Assembly: GCA_028534125.1 (NCBI GenBank)
Contig: CM052816.1
Location: 99,326,001 to 99,390,000, forward strand
Source of the DNA: Lama glama
Taxonomy: Eukaryota
DNA length: 64,000 bases
Direction of reading: 5' to 3'
The notes under the pieces were generated by a model. It saw nothing but the letters and a program-made list of their open reading frames with translations, had not been told where the DNA came from and searched no databases. Both the position numbers and the translations under genes were made by a program. Shown one piece after another: positions 27,303-37,920 of the stretch (its first letter is position 1; the number at the start of each line of letters is the position of its first letter).

Positions 27303-28296
27303 GTGAGGCGGTGCTAAATACTATGCGGAAAACGCAGCTGGGACGATGCCAGGGAAATCTGGGAAGAGCACGCGATTTGCACAGGCCGGGAAGGGAAACG
27401 AGGTGAGGAGACGCCATCTGCGCAAGCCCTCGGGTGGAGAGCGGGCAGAGCCGCTTGGGGGTGCGCCCTCAGGCAGCCGGAGCGATGTCCCAAAGGCTCC
27501 AGCCTGGGGCGCAAGGGTAGGTCAAGGACGCCGCAGGAGGCAGCGTGTCGGCCACAGCCCGGCAGGTGTGGCGCTGCAGGGCCGAGACCGGAGAGGCACA
27601 GGGACGGCCTCAGCTGTCCTGGCTCCTTGATGTCTCAGCCTCCACGCGCCCGAACTGGAGCCCTGCATCCCCCCCCCGACCCCCGACAAAACCTGCCGTC
27701 CCACAACCTTTCTCGTGTCCACGCACGGTGAGCTCATCCTTCTGGTCCCCGTGTCAAAAAGCCCGGCGTGTTTCTCACACCCCACATGTAAACTTCCAGG
27801 CGTTCTGTTGGCTTGACCTTCAAAATACACCCCGAGCAGGGCCAGCCCGCAGGGCCTCGGCCGTCCTCCCGTCCAGCTGCCGCAGGGCCGCAGACTCTGC
27901 ACCGCTTCGCGCCCCTCCTCTGAGCACCAGCTCCACCCTCCTGTCCCTCGGTCTGTTCTCAAGGAGCGGCCCTTGTCAGCCTCAGATCAGGTCGAGTCTC
28001 CGCTCACAGCGACAGGCTCCGTTTTTGTTTCTCTGGGGGAAAAGTCGAAGTCTGGGGATGAGCCGTGAGGCCCCGTGCGGTTCCTCGTCTGTGTCGGTCG
28101 GTCTTGTCGGTCAGTCGGGCCCCGCAGGACGCGGGCCGCAGTCAGACTGGAAGCGTTTGAGGAAGCTGCCGTCAAAGGACGCTTCACAAACGCGTGAGCA
28201 GGTGCGCAGGAGAGCCTCCTGGCGGGCGCGTGCTGGGCTCGGGGGAGGAGGGCAGGGGGGACTGAGGCCCGGCCTTCAGGACAGCGTCCTCAACTG
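27303..28296 (-). pseudogene. Pseudo-exon B (~1 kb, CpG-rich)
   Basis: Long polypyrimidine tract plus ctcag|CAG acceptor. Translation includes RQEALLRTCSRVCEASFDGSF, LQFGRVE and, after a frameshift, RFPSRPVQIACSSQISLASSQLRFP (cf. recalled KIAA0825 [26 protein letters not shown]). Many stops. 3' boundary approximate. Confidence 0.5.
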
Positions 28297-28419
28297 CTGA
28301 GTGGAGACAGGAACCCAGAAAGAAGCAGAGGGCAGGGCCGCGTGGACGTGGCCGGTGGGACGGCAAGTGGTGGCCGAGGGCGACAGCAGATCTAGCCGAG
28401 GACGGAGGACAGCGCCCAC

Positions 28420-28602
28420 CTCTGTCTCTGACGTCGCTTCCTCCACCTGCTCTGCGGCGGCGGCTCCGGCTTCCGCGGTTGGGCGGACCCCTGCCTGCGG
28501 GCCTTTGCACCGGCTGTTCGCGGGGCCTGGACATGCTTCCGCCCGCTGTCTTCAGGGCCACGTGGTTGTCCCACTGTCGCCTTCTCGCGGAGGACCCCTC
28601 AT
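28420..28602 (-). pseudogene. Pseudo-exon A (5'-most putative coding exon)
   Basis: ATG at 28602 opens MRGPPREGDSGTTTWP*RQRAEAC...EQVEEATSETE and ends at a phase-0 donor GAG|GTGGGC. A 123-bp intron follows to a strong acceptor. One in-frame TGA. No clear homology in this exon. Confidence 0.35.
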
Positions 28603-31600
28603 CCACTATCCTTCAACCTCGCCCCCTCAGCCCAGCCGCTCAGCCCCAGTCTTCCTGAGAGTGCTCCATTTTCGCTTTATTCCAGAGCGCTTCTCAAGCC
28701 CTAAAAGGACCGCGCTGAACTGTACTTAGGGACTACAGTGGCTCCCGCGTCAGCCTCCCCGTGCCGGGAGGTTGCCCCTGGATGAATCTGAGCCTGTCTC
28801 GGGGCAGCGAGCAGCCCATCAGTGCACACCGTGGTCATAACACGTGGACGGCAGCTAGCCTCTGCCCCCAGCAGTGGGGATCCAGTGCCATCCCCGGTGG
28901 CTTAGGGGCAATCCGGAGTCCCGGGGGTGGGGGGTCAGAAAACAGCTCGGAGGGCACTATAATTGCAAGGTAGCGACTTTTCATCTATCTGAATATTTGG
29001 GTAAGTTATTAACACATAGTCAACATCAGTGGGAAAAAGAGCCCAAAAGCTACATCAAATTTTAGTCTTCAGATTACAAGGATGAAAATAATTTATGGGA
29101 ATTGTGACAGGCACTTGTTGTTTCCAAGCCAGGATCCTCCAGCATCCAATTCTGCCCCAGTTCAGCCAAATCTAGCCATTGTTTGAAAATATAGAAGACT
29201 TAATAGCTATTATATTTAATTTGCAATTTTTGTGGAAATTACAGTGGGAAAACTAAATACCCCATTATAACTTAATTGTTAATGAATGATGAATTAATTA
29301 AAATTTAAATAACTTTGCTTATAGTACTGATTCTGAAGGAAAATTAAAATACTTTTAAAGTCTGGTAACTTAAGAGTAGTGTAATTTGATTTTACCTCTT
29401 TCCTAAGAGAAAGCAGCCCACAGACATAAATGTAGGTGTTATAACCACCAGCAATGGATTATTTCACTCAATTCACGTCATACACTCAGTGCGAGTGTAT
29501 GTGTTGACACGACACTGTATAGCGCTGTCAGTCATTAGGAGTCTTGCTGTGAATGCGTAGCTATATTAGAGGTTCTAATTTTATAAATAAAGGTAACTGA
29601 AAATGTCTGTAAGCTTTTTAAGGGGCCCCCATGCACGCTGTAAATAATGGTTCTATGGCACTAAATTCCAAATGGTCACTTTAAGGTTATAATTTTTTTT
29701 GATACTCACCTCACTTTTAATCTGGAAAGGAACCACATGCCAGAGTTGATTTCTTGAGTGGAAACGACCATCTTGCACTAACCTAAACTTGCAGAATGCT
29801 CGGGCTGCCTCCGTTTTGATTTTGATGAGCAGAACTGATGACTCGGTCCTGGAGGGAGTCGTTCTGCTGCTCTTTTGTCTTGTCCAGGGACAGCATGCAA
29901 GAACCAGAGTCCGAATTAGATTCCAATGGGCTTTCCTATCATTCTTCCTGTGACGAATGTCTTTTCACATGGTCAAATGACTTTTATCAAAATACGTTCC
30001 ATTTCCTTTGTGTGTCGGTTTTGTTCCTGTCCTTTAATGAGAGTCTGAAAGATCGACCAGTCTGCAGCCACACACGCCTGTATCCAAACCTAAGAACAGG
30101 GGTCTACAATCTGCTGCTTAGTCACGGGGGATGTTAGCTTCTGTTTGGTGAGACATTCATTCAGAAAATGGCCAAAAGCCGCAAATACATCATTGAATTC
30201 AAAGCTAATATGAGTTATATCATTTAAACTTGATAATTTCTGATTGTTGACAAAGTATTCTTCCAGTTAACTTATCCAGATGTTTGTTAAAAAGTCACCA
30301 CAAAGTACGATACAGTGTAAAGTCCATTCTTTGAGAAAAGGACACCAGATCTGCAAACTCCTTTTCCTGGGGTTAGAGGGTCAGAGAGCTGCAGTAGACA
30401 TCAGACTCAGCGACACCTGTGTCAATGCACACTTGCACTGGTCTGCACACCTGCACCCGTCTGCACGTCTGCACCTGTCTGCCCACCTGGTGAAGAATGC
30501 ACTTCTGGTTCTGGTTATGTATTAGTCTCTACTTTCACTCCTAAATGTGGACAAGGGTCTCTTAGTGCCTCCCCTCTTCCCCATCTTTCTCTCTCCCCTC
30601 CCTCTGGTGTCTCCCTCACTGACCACAATTTGATCTCCCCATAAACTCACCACCATGATGACCTCATCCTGGCTCATATCTTAAAAACCATCTGTCTGTT
30701 GACAACTTCCACATTCCTGTCCCTAAACTCCAAACTCTTATACCAAAACACCTTCACTTTTACACTCAAATGTCTAATCAGGTCCTCAAACTTAACGATT
30801 AAGCTACTTCATTATAAAGCTGATTCTCCACAAGGAGACTCGGCCATGGTCTTCCCCAGAGTCGGGGAAGCGAGGCTCTCTGGGAGAGCGGATCAGTGAG
30901 TTCACTGAAGTGACAGAGAATATGAATTTACAGGTGCCCATCATCCCCCAAACACCAAAAGAAACCTCACAAGTGTGTGTGCTTTCTGTGAAAATACATC
31001 TTTAACAAAAATCAGCAGCCTGTACACCTACTCTACCCATTAGCCGGCCACGCCCCCGTCCTCCCTGGGGAGGCGATCCCTCCCTCCATGTGCTCCCTGG
31101 TCACAGCTGTACAAGAGGTGAGTGTTCTCCACATGCTCTGTGCTTATTAAGCCAAGGTCTTCTCATTCTGAAAATATTAGGCAGTCTACTATTTTCAAAA
31201 ATGAAATTGTAAATAGCATTGTACAATGGAGATAAAAAGTTCAAGGAACTAAATTTAGAATATTTACCTCTGTACACTGCAGGAAAAGAACAGAAAGAGA
31301 AACATGTTTCGCTGATATTTGTACTTTAAAATGTCCATCATAAACATCGCTATCGTAGACTGCAGTCTCCCACGTGGATGTTTGAGTCTAATGGGAGTAA
31401 CGCAAACTAATTTTGCCAAAAGAGCTCTTTAATTATCTCTATTGGAAAAACTTCAGCAAAAGGCAAAGTTCAAATACTAAGCTAATTTATAGTGGTTGAG
31501 AAAAGCTTAATGCCTAAAAACGGTGAAATAAATTTAGATTTATGATAGGTAATAATGGATAATCACAACCATTCCAATATATTCCATGATGGCATACCAT

Positions 31601-32127
31601 TACATAAGCTGCATTATATTTATTACGAACATCTGGCAAACTGTATGCTATTCAGATAACTTTAATTAAACCAGCCTCCAAGCTCCCATATAAAGTGATG
31701 GCGGCTCTGAAGAGAACAGCCCAGCTTGTTCACAAATGACTCAGCCTCAGAGGGTGTCGACTTCGAGGCTGGTAACCGTTCCTTGTACACAAGAGGGACT
31801 TAAGATAATAGTTGCGAGCACTCTTAACTGCAGACCTGGTACTGTGAACTCTGATGTGTAGGTCTGAGTCTCATCGTCTAAACATCAGTGTGTGACAAAC
31901 ACCCCATTCAGGACTTTGTGCTGAGAAAGCCATGGGCTTCTAACTACTGTGTGTAAAGCTACCCGCTTCTTTCTCCCACTGGTGGGCTGTTGCGCTAAAC
32001 TGTGTGAGCAGGCGCAAAGAGGATGCTACTGCTGGCACTGTCTTCCTGCTTGCATCTTTGTGAGTGAGGATGGAGGGGCAAGGGGTTACAAGAGGGAGGC
32101 TGGGCAGTGGGTATGCACTGAGATGCT

Positions 32128-32375
32128 GTTAAACAACAAATATTTCCTGAATCCCACTACAGGCTCGACACCCTTCAAAGTGTGGGGGCACAGTGATGAA
32201 GAAAACACACGAGGCCCCTCCATGCTGGAGCTTACCATGTAGTGGGGAGGAAGGCAGGACTCAGGATAAGTGAGGACGTGTGTCAGCAAGTGCTGAGGTG
32301 ACTAAGACGGCGGGGAAGAGGGTGGAGATGGGGAGGGTCGAAATGGTAGATGCAAGGGTCAGAAGATGACATCTG
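32128..32375 (-). mobile_element. L2 3' fragment
   Basis: aacaaatatttcctgaatccc...ccatgctggagcttaccatgtagtgggg. Confidence 0.6.
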
Positions 32376-32438
32376 AAAAGAACATTTTTTTTTCTCCAAA
32401 AGTAATATTACATGAAAACGAATATGAAGACAGCAAAC

Positions 32439-32580
32439 GGGAAGGGTCAGCTCAGTGGTAGAGCATGTGCTTAGCATGCACGAGGTCCTGGGTTCAATCC
32501 TCAGTACCTCCATTAAAAAAATTAAAATAAATCAACCTAATTACCTCCACCCCTAAAAATTAAAAATAAAATTGAAAAAA
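32439..32580 (+). mobile_element. Camelid-type tRNA-derived SINE
   Basis: A box (agctcagtggta), B box (ggttcaatcc), then attaaaa...aacctaattacctcc tail and an A-rich end, as I recall for camelid SINEs. Confidence 0.85.
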
Positions 32581-34539
32581 GCAGTCCTTTAAAAAAAGAA
32601 ACAAAAACAGAGGTGCTCTGGTTGAAGCTTGGAAGGAGCCAAAAGCCTGGCGCCTTGGACTTGTAGCGTCCCCTGGACTCGACTAATGAAAAACACAACA
32701 TGGAATTAACACTTTCTTCTGCAGCTTCATTTCCCCCAGATATTTTGAAAGAACAGACTTAGTGGGTGAAATTCATAAGGACATCCAGCCAACAGGTAAA
32801 ATAATTAATAAGATTCTGAAAGTTTCAGGGGAAAATAAAAGTGTGATTTTATCAACAGAACATGGGGAACTCAAGAATATATAGCACTGCTTTTTGTTTG
32901 TTTGTTTGTTTTTTGTGTGTTTTTAATCTCTGGAACAACAGAAGAGCATGGCTCACACCCTGAGGAAGAGGTTCAGAGGGCTGAAGCTCAAAATCCAGGG
33001 GACAAACTTGGCTGATTTTTCATCTATTTCACATCAATACAAAGAACTGGCTGAACTAACGTGCTAATGGGTTTTCTCTTCAAACACAGAGGTGCCAAAA
33101 GAAATTAAGATGAACAAGTATATCCATTGTCGAAAGTGGGTAAATGCCAGGATTTCCTGAGTGATGTGCTTGCTATCGATTCACAGCAAACTCCAAGAGT
33201 AATTAGTAGGTTGGTTATTTGGGGGCAGTTAGGAGAAGGAAACTGGCAGAAGTCAGCAAAGACCGACATGGGTTCCCTGGAAATGAGTCTTGTCCAGAGA
33301 TGTCCCGGTCATTCGTGACACATTTGGCAATGTGTGCAGAACCAGCAGCACGCTTGGAGTTCAGGCGGGACGCTGTGTTGCTCCTTACAAGACTGTTTTC
33401 AGAGAATATTAATTAATCAAAGTTGACATAGATGAATGTCTAACGAATTGCTACAAGGCTCTGTTTTTGAAACAGTCATTTCCACATGTCCATCCATGAC
33501 CAAGAGCAGTATCTTAAAGATGCTTTTATTTAATGTGTGTATAATCAAATCCAAGGGACCTGAGGGCAGAGCAGCCGATTCTAGCAGAAACTGTAGCTTC
33601 TTGACAAGCTGGAACCCAGGCTGAAGGGCAGACAGAATCCCCCATGCATGTGAGGAAACCCTTCTCTTGGGTGGAGACTTCGACTTTGCTGGGGAAGGGC
33701 GTTCTAGAGGGAAGGAAGAAATGATGGGAGAGAGGACATTCTAAGCGGCACACTATCCTTGGACAGAAGGATGGTTTGTGTTGAAGATGGTTGAAGGTGA
33801 AGCTGGAGAGGTGGGTTGGGTCAAAGAGGAAAGAAGTGAATTGAATGTCTCCGTATCTGGTAGCACTCAATCCAGAAGAAATTAGCCAAAGATGCTTGTG
33901 GCAAGGTGCAGTCTCCATGCTCCAGCCTTATCCAGAGAACACTCAAGATCTCTCTCATGGGGAAAAATGAAATCAGCTGCTGTATGCTTTTGTATGTTGG
34001 CCATCGGAGGGAGATTTAAAATGGAGTCAGAAAGAATGATGAAGGAATTACACAGCCTGCCGGCATTGCCAGACACAGGCATGCAGCATCAGATAAGATG
34101 GTCCTTTCTCCACACTTTCAGACCCTGAGCTGGCCCCACATGTGAGCTCTGTCAGGGAAACCCAATTCGTGTGGACTTTCAGCATCCCAGCAGCCTGGGG
34201 GAAGGAAGGTCAAGAGGCAGCTGGGCACTCCAACCACACTTTTTTCACAGCTCTTATCCTGCCGTTTACCCACCTGTTGTCCTGACCACAAAGGACAACA
34301 AAGGGCTCAGATCCCTTCCGGGCTGATCAGCCAGCAGGCAGCATCCTTGCCAGGGGAGATTGGAGATCAGCTTTCTGTCTCCAGCAACGCAGCCTAAACC
34401 GCTGGCTGCAGGTGTCTCTGGGAAATCAAGACAGTGACCTCCATGCGACCTTTGGATGGCGATCCACTCATTCTAGGATTCTCGGGAGTCGTCACTCCTT
34501 TTAAAAATAGCTCCTAGCGCTCCAGAGGCTTTAACTGTT

Positions 34540-34870
34540 ACCTCCTTCCCAGACATCCCCGCCTCGCGGCCCTCGCCCGGCCCGGGAAAGGGCAGTCTGA
34601 CTCAGCTCTAGCGTCTTCCCCCTGCCCTTGAAATGGAAGGCGAGGCGACAAGGGTCTGGTCAGACCTCCTACAGTGACCCCGCTGGCCAGGGCCCAGACC
34701 TCCGCAGAGCGGACCGCACGGGCGCTTCAGCCCCGGGGAAGCGCTGAGAGCCCTGAGCCGGTGCTCCCCTGGAGGAAAGGAAGCACCTCGGGGCTCAGCC
34801 TTCCCTGTCGATCCACCTGCTGAGGGATGACGGAAGCCCAGCCTGCATTTCCGGCATCAGCTGCTCCTAA
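34540..34870. promoter_or_regulatory. Small CpG-rich patch
   Basis: Local GC/CpG enrichment relative to flanks. Confidence 0.4.
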
Positions 34871-35212
34871 CCCCCTGACGTTCTAGAAATCACAGAGGTG
34901 ACTCCCGGAGGCATTTACCTCGTGACAAATGGGGCAAAATTCTGCTTGTTACACAGGATAGCTTCAGCTCCATTCTGTACCAGGAGCCTGAAAACCATCC
35001 TGAGACCAGTGGACTCCTCCTGTAAACAGACAAATTTTTGGTGGCACTTTAGGTCAAAGATTTCTAGTTTTTGCTTCTGGCAACGTCTTTCCTCAGCAGG
35101 GAATTGGACTGCCTGCATTCTATGTCGTATAAATGTTTATTACAATTAATGATTATATTTGCATTCAGAATGGAAAAATGCTACCCCAGGTTCAGAGTCA
35201 GGAAAACTTACA

Positions 35213-35996
35213 CTTTTTAATTTATTTTTATATTTTTTAAGTATAGTCAGTTACAGTGTGTCAGTTTCTGGTGTATAGCACAATGCTCCAGTCATACATC
35301 TATATACATATATTCATTTTCATATGCTTTTACACTAAAGGTTATTACAAGATGTTGAATATAGTTCCCTGTGCTATACAGAAGAAATTTGTTTTTTATC
35401 TATTTCTATATATAGTGGATAACCTTTACAAATATCAAACTCACAAATTTATCCCTTCCCACCCCTTTCCCCTGGTAACCATAAGATTGTTTACTATGTC
35501 TGCAAGTCTGTTTCTTTTATAGATGAGTTCATTAGTGCCCCCTTTATTCTTTCTTTTTTTTTTTAAGATTCCACATATGAGTGATATCATATGATATTTT
35601 TCTTTCTCTTTGTGGCTTACTTCACTTAGAATGATGATCTCTAGGTCCATCAATGTTGCTGCAAATGACATTATTTTATTCTTTTCTATGGCTGAATAGT
35701 GTTCCATTGTATAAATATACTATAGCTTCTTTATCCAGTCATCTGTCAATGGACATTCAGGTTGCTTCCATGTCTTAGCTGTTGTAAATGGTGCTGCTAT
35801 GAACATTGGGGCTCATGTATCTTTCTGAATTAGAGTTCCCTCTGGATATATACCCAGGAGTAGGGTTGCTGGATCGTATGGTAAGTCTAACTTTAGTTTT
35901 TTGAGGAGTCTCCATGCTGCTTTTCATAGCGGCTGCACCAAACCACATTTCCACCAACATTGTAGGAGGGTTTCCTTTTCTCCACACCCTCTCCAA
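35213..35996 (-). mobile_element. Relatively young L1 3' end (ORF2 C-terminus + 3'UTR)
   Basis: MEHYSAIEKNKIMSFAATLMDLEIIILSEVSHKEKEKYHMISLICG is the L1 ORF2 C-terminal region; T-rich tail on the left. Confidence 0.92.
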
Positions 35997-36348
35997 AGAC
36001 AAAATATCATCAAATTTTTAATATTGAGTCTACTGTTTAAAAAATAATTTAGGTACTTTTAAACGGCAATCAGAAAGTTTGATCTTTGGTTGATGTTTTA
36101 ATATTATGTTGAAGACTTTACTTTTTTGTTTGTTTCTTTATGTACCAATGATTTCTTTACAGAACCTGAAATATACAGTTTTGGTGCCATCAAAGCATTT
36201 TTCCTTACATGCTTTTCAAAAACACCTCAAAGTCTCATACTTTATACTTAAGTAAACCAAAACAAAACAAAACAAAAACCTCTACTTTGGCCCTAGCTTT
36301 CACCCTACATACAAAAGAAGAAACCCGAAATTCAGATTTATGAGAACT

Positions 36349-36606
36349 TTTTTTTTAACTGAAGTATAGCTGACTTACAAAATTGTGTTAGTTTCAGATG
36401 TACAGCAAAGTGATTCGGTTATACATATATGTATATATCTATATTCTTTTTTCGGATTCTCTTCCATTATGGCTTATTACAAGATATTGAATGTAGCCCC
36501 CTGTGCTACACAGCGGGTCTTTGTTGTTTCTGCATTTTATATGTGGGAGTGTGCATCTGTTAATCCCTTCCTCCCTCCCCCACGCTCCCCTTGGGTAACC
36601 ATAATT
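36349..36606 (-). mobile_element. Short 5'-truncated L1 3'UTR insertion with TSD
   Basis: Poly-T, then aactgaagtatagctgacttacaa...ggtaaccataa. Flanked by agatttatgagaact (36334-36348) and agatttatgaggact (36607-36621). Confidence 0.85.
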
Positions 36607-36699
36607 AGATTTATGAGGACTCTGGATGAGGGCTTATAGAATTACATTTTGTCCAAATCTTCTAGAGTGATTTCTGTGCGAACAGCCTGAAATAGCCGG

Positions 36700-37920
36700 T
36701 GCTACCGTCACTGCATCAAAGAGCAAACACAGCAGGCAGGTGGCGGAAGGGACTGTGTGCGGCGGGACTTACCCCCGGACCTAGACAGCCTGACTGCCTT
36801 CTTCCCTCTCCCCCGTGGCAAGAGCCCACTGCCCTATTTGGAGGAAAGACGGGCTGACCCGTCCTTCAAGGCTTCTCTTCAATTCCCTTCTTATGCACAG
36901 CCCGCACGTCCTTGGTCTTCCCTGGAAGACCTCCGCCTTCCCCTGCCTCTCTAGTCCAGACACCAGCGCCCTCCAGGCCTCGCCGTCGCCCGGGCTGTGG
37001 CAGCTGTCCGCTCCCCGCCCACCCTCCGGCCCCGCCGCCCGCCGGCGCTCACTGCCCGCGCACCTGCCTTCTGCGCCGGCTTACAGCTCGCAGCGCCCGC
37101 GGGGCCGCCCCTCCGGCCCCGCACCCCTTGGCCTAACGACCGGGGATGTGTTCAACCGCATGTGCCCGCGGGGAAGGGAAGTCCGGTGGCTGGAGAAAAC
37201 GCCGCCCGGGTGCCGTCCTGAGGATGAAGCCCCCCTTCTCTGTCTAGTGCCAGGCGAGGCCTGCCACCTTCTCCCCGGCGACTCGGGAAGCGAGGCTGCC
37301 TCGGCCTCTCCGAGTCAGCGTCCCCCCAGCCCCTGCTCAACGCGGAAAACTCTTCTGCCGGGACAGAGCAGGGCCCTTTCAAAACTGTTTGAGACGTTGA
37401 TTCCTTTTGTTAAAGCGACATAGGAACAGAACGCTGTCACTGCGTGTAAGTCCAGGTCCTCTGAGGAGCAAACACGAGGGAGGACTGCACCAGGAGAGGC
37501 GATGGAGGAGGCAGGGTCAGACCACCGGGAGGGAGGCCGACCGCAGAGGGCCGGAGCGCCCTGCGGAAGTCCTCCTCGCCGGGAGGGGGCTCGCGCAGCA
37601 GCGCTGCAGGCTGGTCCCCGCAGGGCCCGCAGCCGCCCGTGGGCCGCCTGGCCTGGGAGCGCTCCGCGCGTGGCTGGCAGGCCGCAGCGGGCCGTGCTCG
37701 CCGAGCTCTGCGAGAGCCGCTCTCGCGGCCTCTACAAACTGAAATCCGTCGCAAGAGCGTGCATCCGTGTCTACAGCGCCTCCTGGAAATCCTCCGCTTG
37801 GAACTGCGGGCTTGGTTCACTCTTTCTCCCTCTCCAGCCTTTCTATGCCTCACTCTTCCTGTTATTTTCGGAAGTCGGGGCTGCAACTTCCACACGCACG
37901 GGGTTTCCAGACCTCCACAT
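36700..37920. promoter_or_regulatory. CpG island, probable bidirectional promoter
   Basis: CpG-dense with GC boxes (CCCCGCCC ~37013). GTAAGT donors face outward on the minus strand (36767-36772) and the plus strand (37446-37451). Confidence 0.7.

Larger units (their letters stand above)
489..28602 (-). pseudogene. Multi-exon (unprocessed, probably unitary) pseudogene of a KIAA0825-like / DUF4495-family paralog; the 3' part probably continues left of the window
   Basis: About nine minus-strand segments with AG acceptors and donor-like ends join in mostly compatible phases. Their translations follow the order of KIAA0825 motifs as I recall them (e.g. FQERHRPCS~FYEGERCS, IQLVILT~TTLVILT, ICFYPAL~SHFYPSL). 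Multiple in-frame stops and frameshifts. Homology judged by eye, not by search. Confidence 0.7.
26930..28930. promoter_or_regulatory. CpG island overlapping the 5' exons of the pseudogene
   Basis: Very GC- and CpG-dense. Core at 26940-27190 includes an ETS-like GCGGAAGT (~27064). Confidence 0.75.

Noticed and set aside
489..28602. Calling the locus KIAA0825 itself or an intact CDS
   Set aside because: Similarity is only motif-level and the frame is repeatedly broken; no gene symbol assigned.
26742..28729. Long ORFs (142-251 aa) on both strands
   Set aside because: Pro/Arg/Ala/Gly-rich stop-poor frames typical of CpG islands; the 251-aa plus ORF is the antisense shadow of pseudo-exon B.
32439..32512. 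tRNA gene
   Set aside because: The A/B boxes belong to a SINE head that continues into a SINE tail; the acceptor stem is imperfect.
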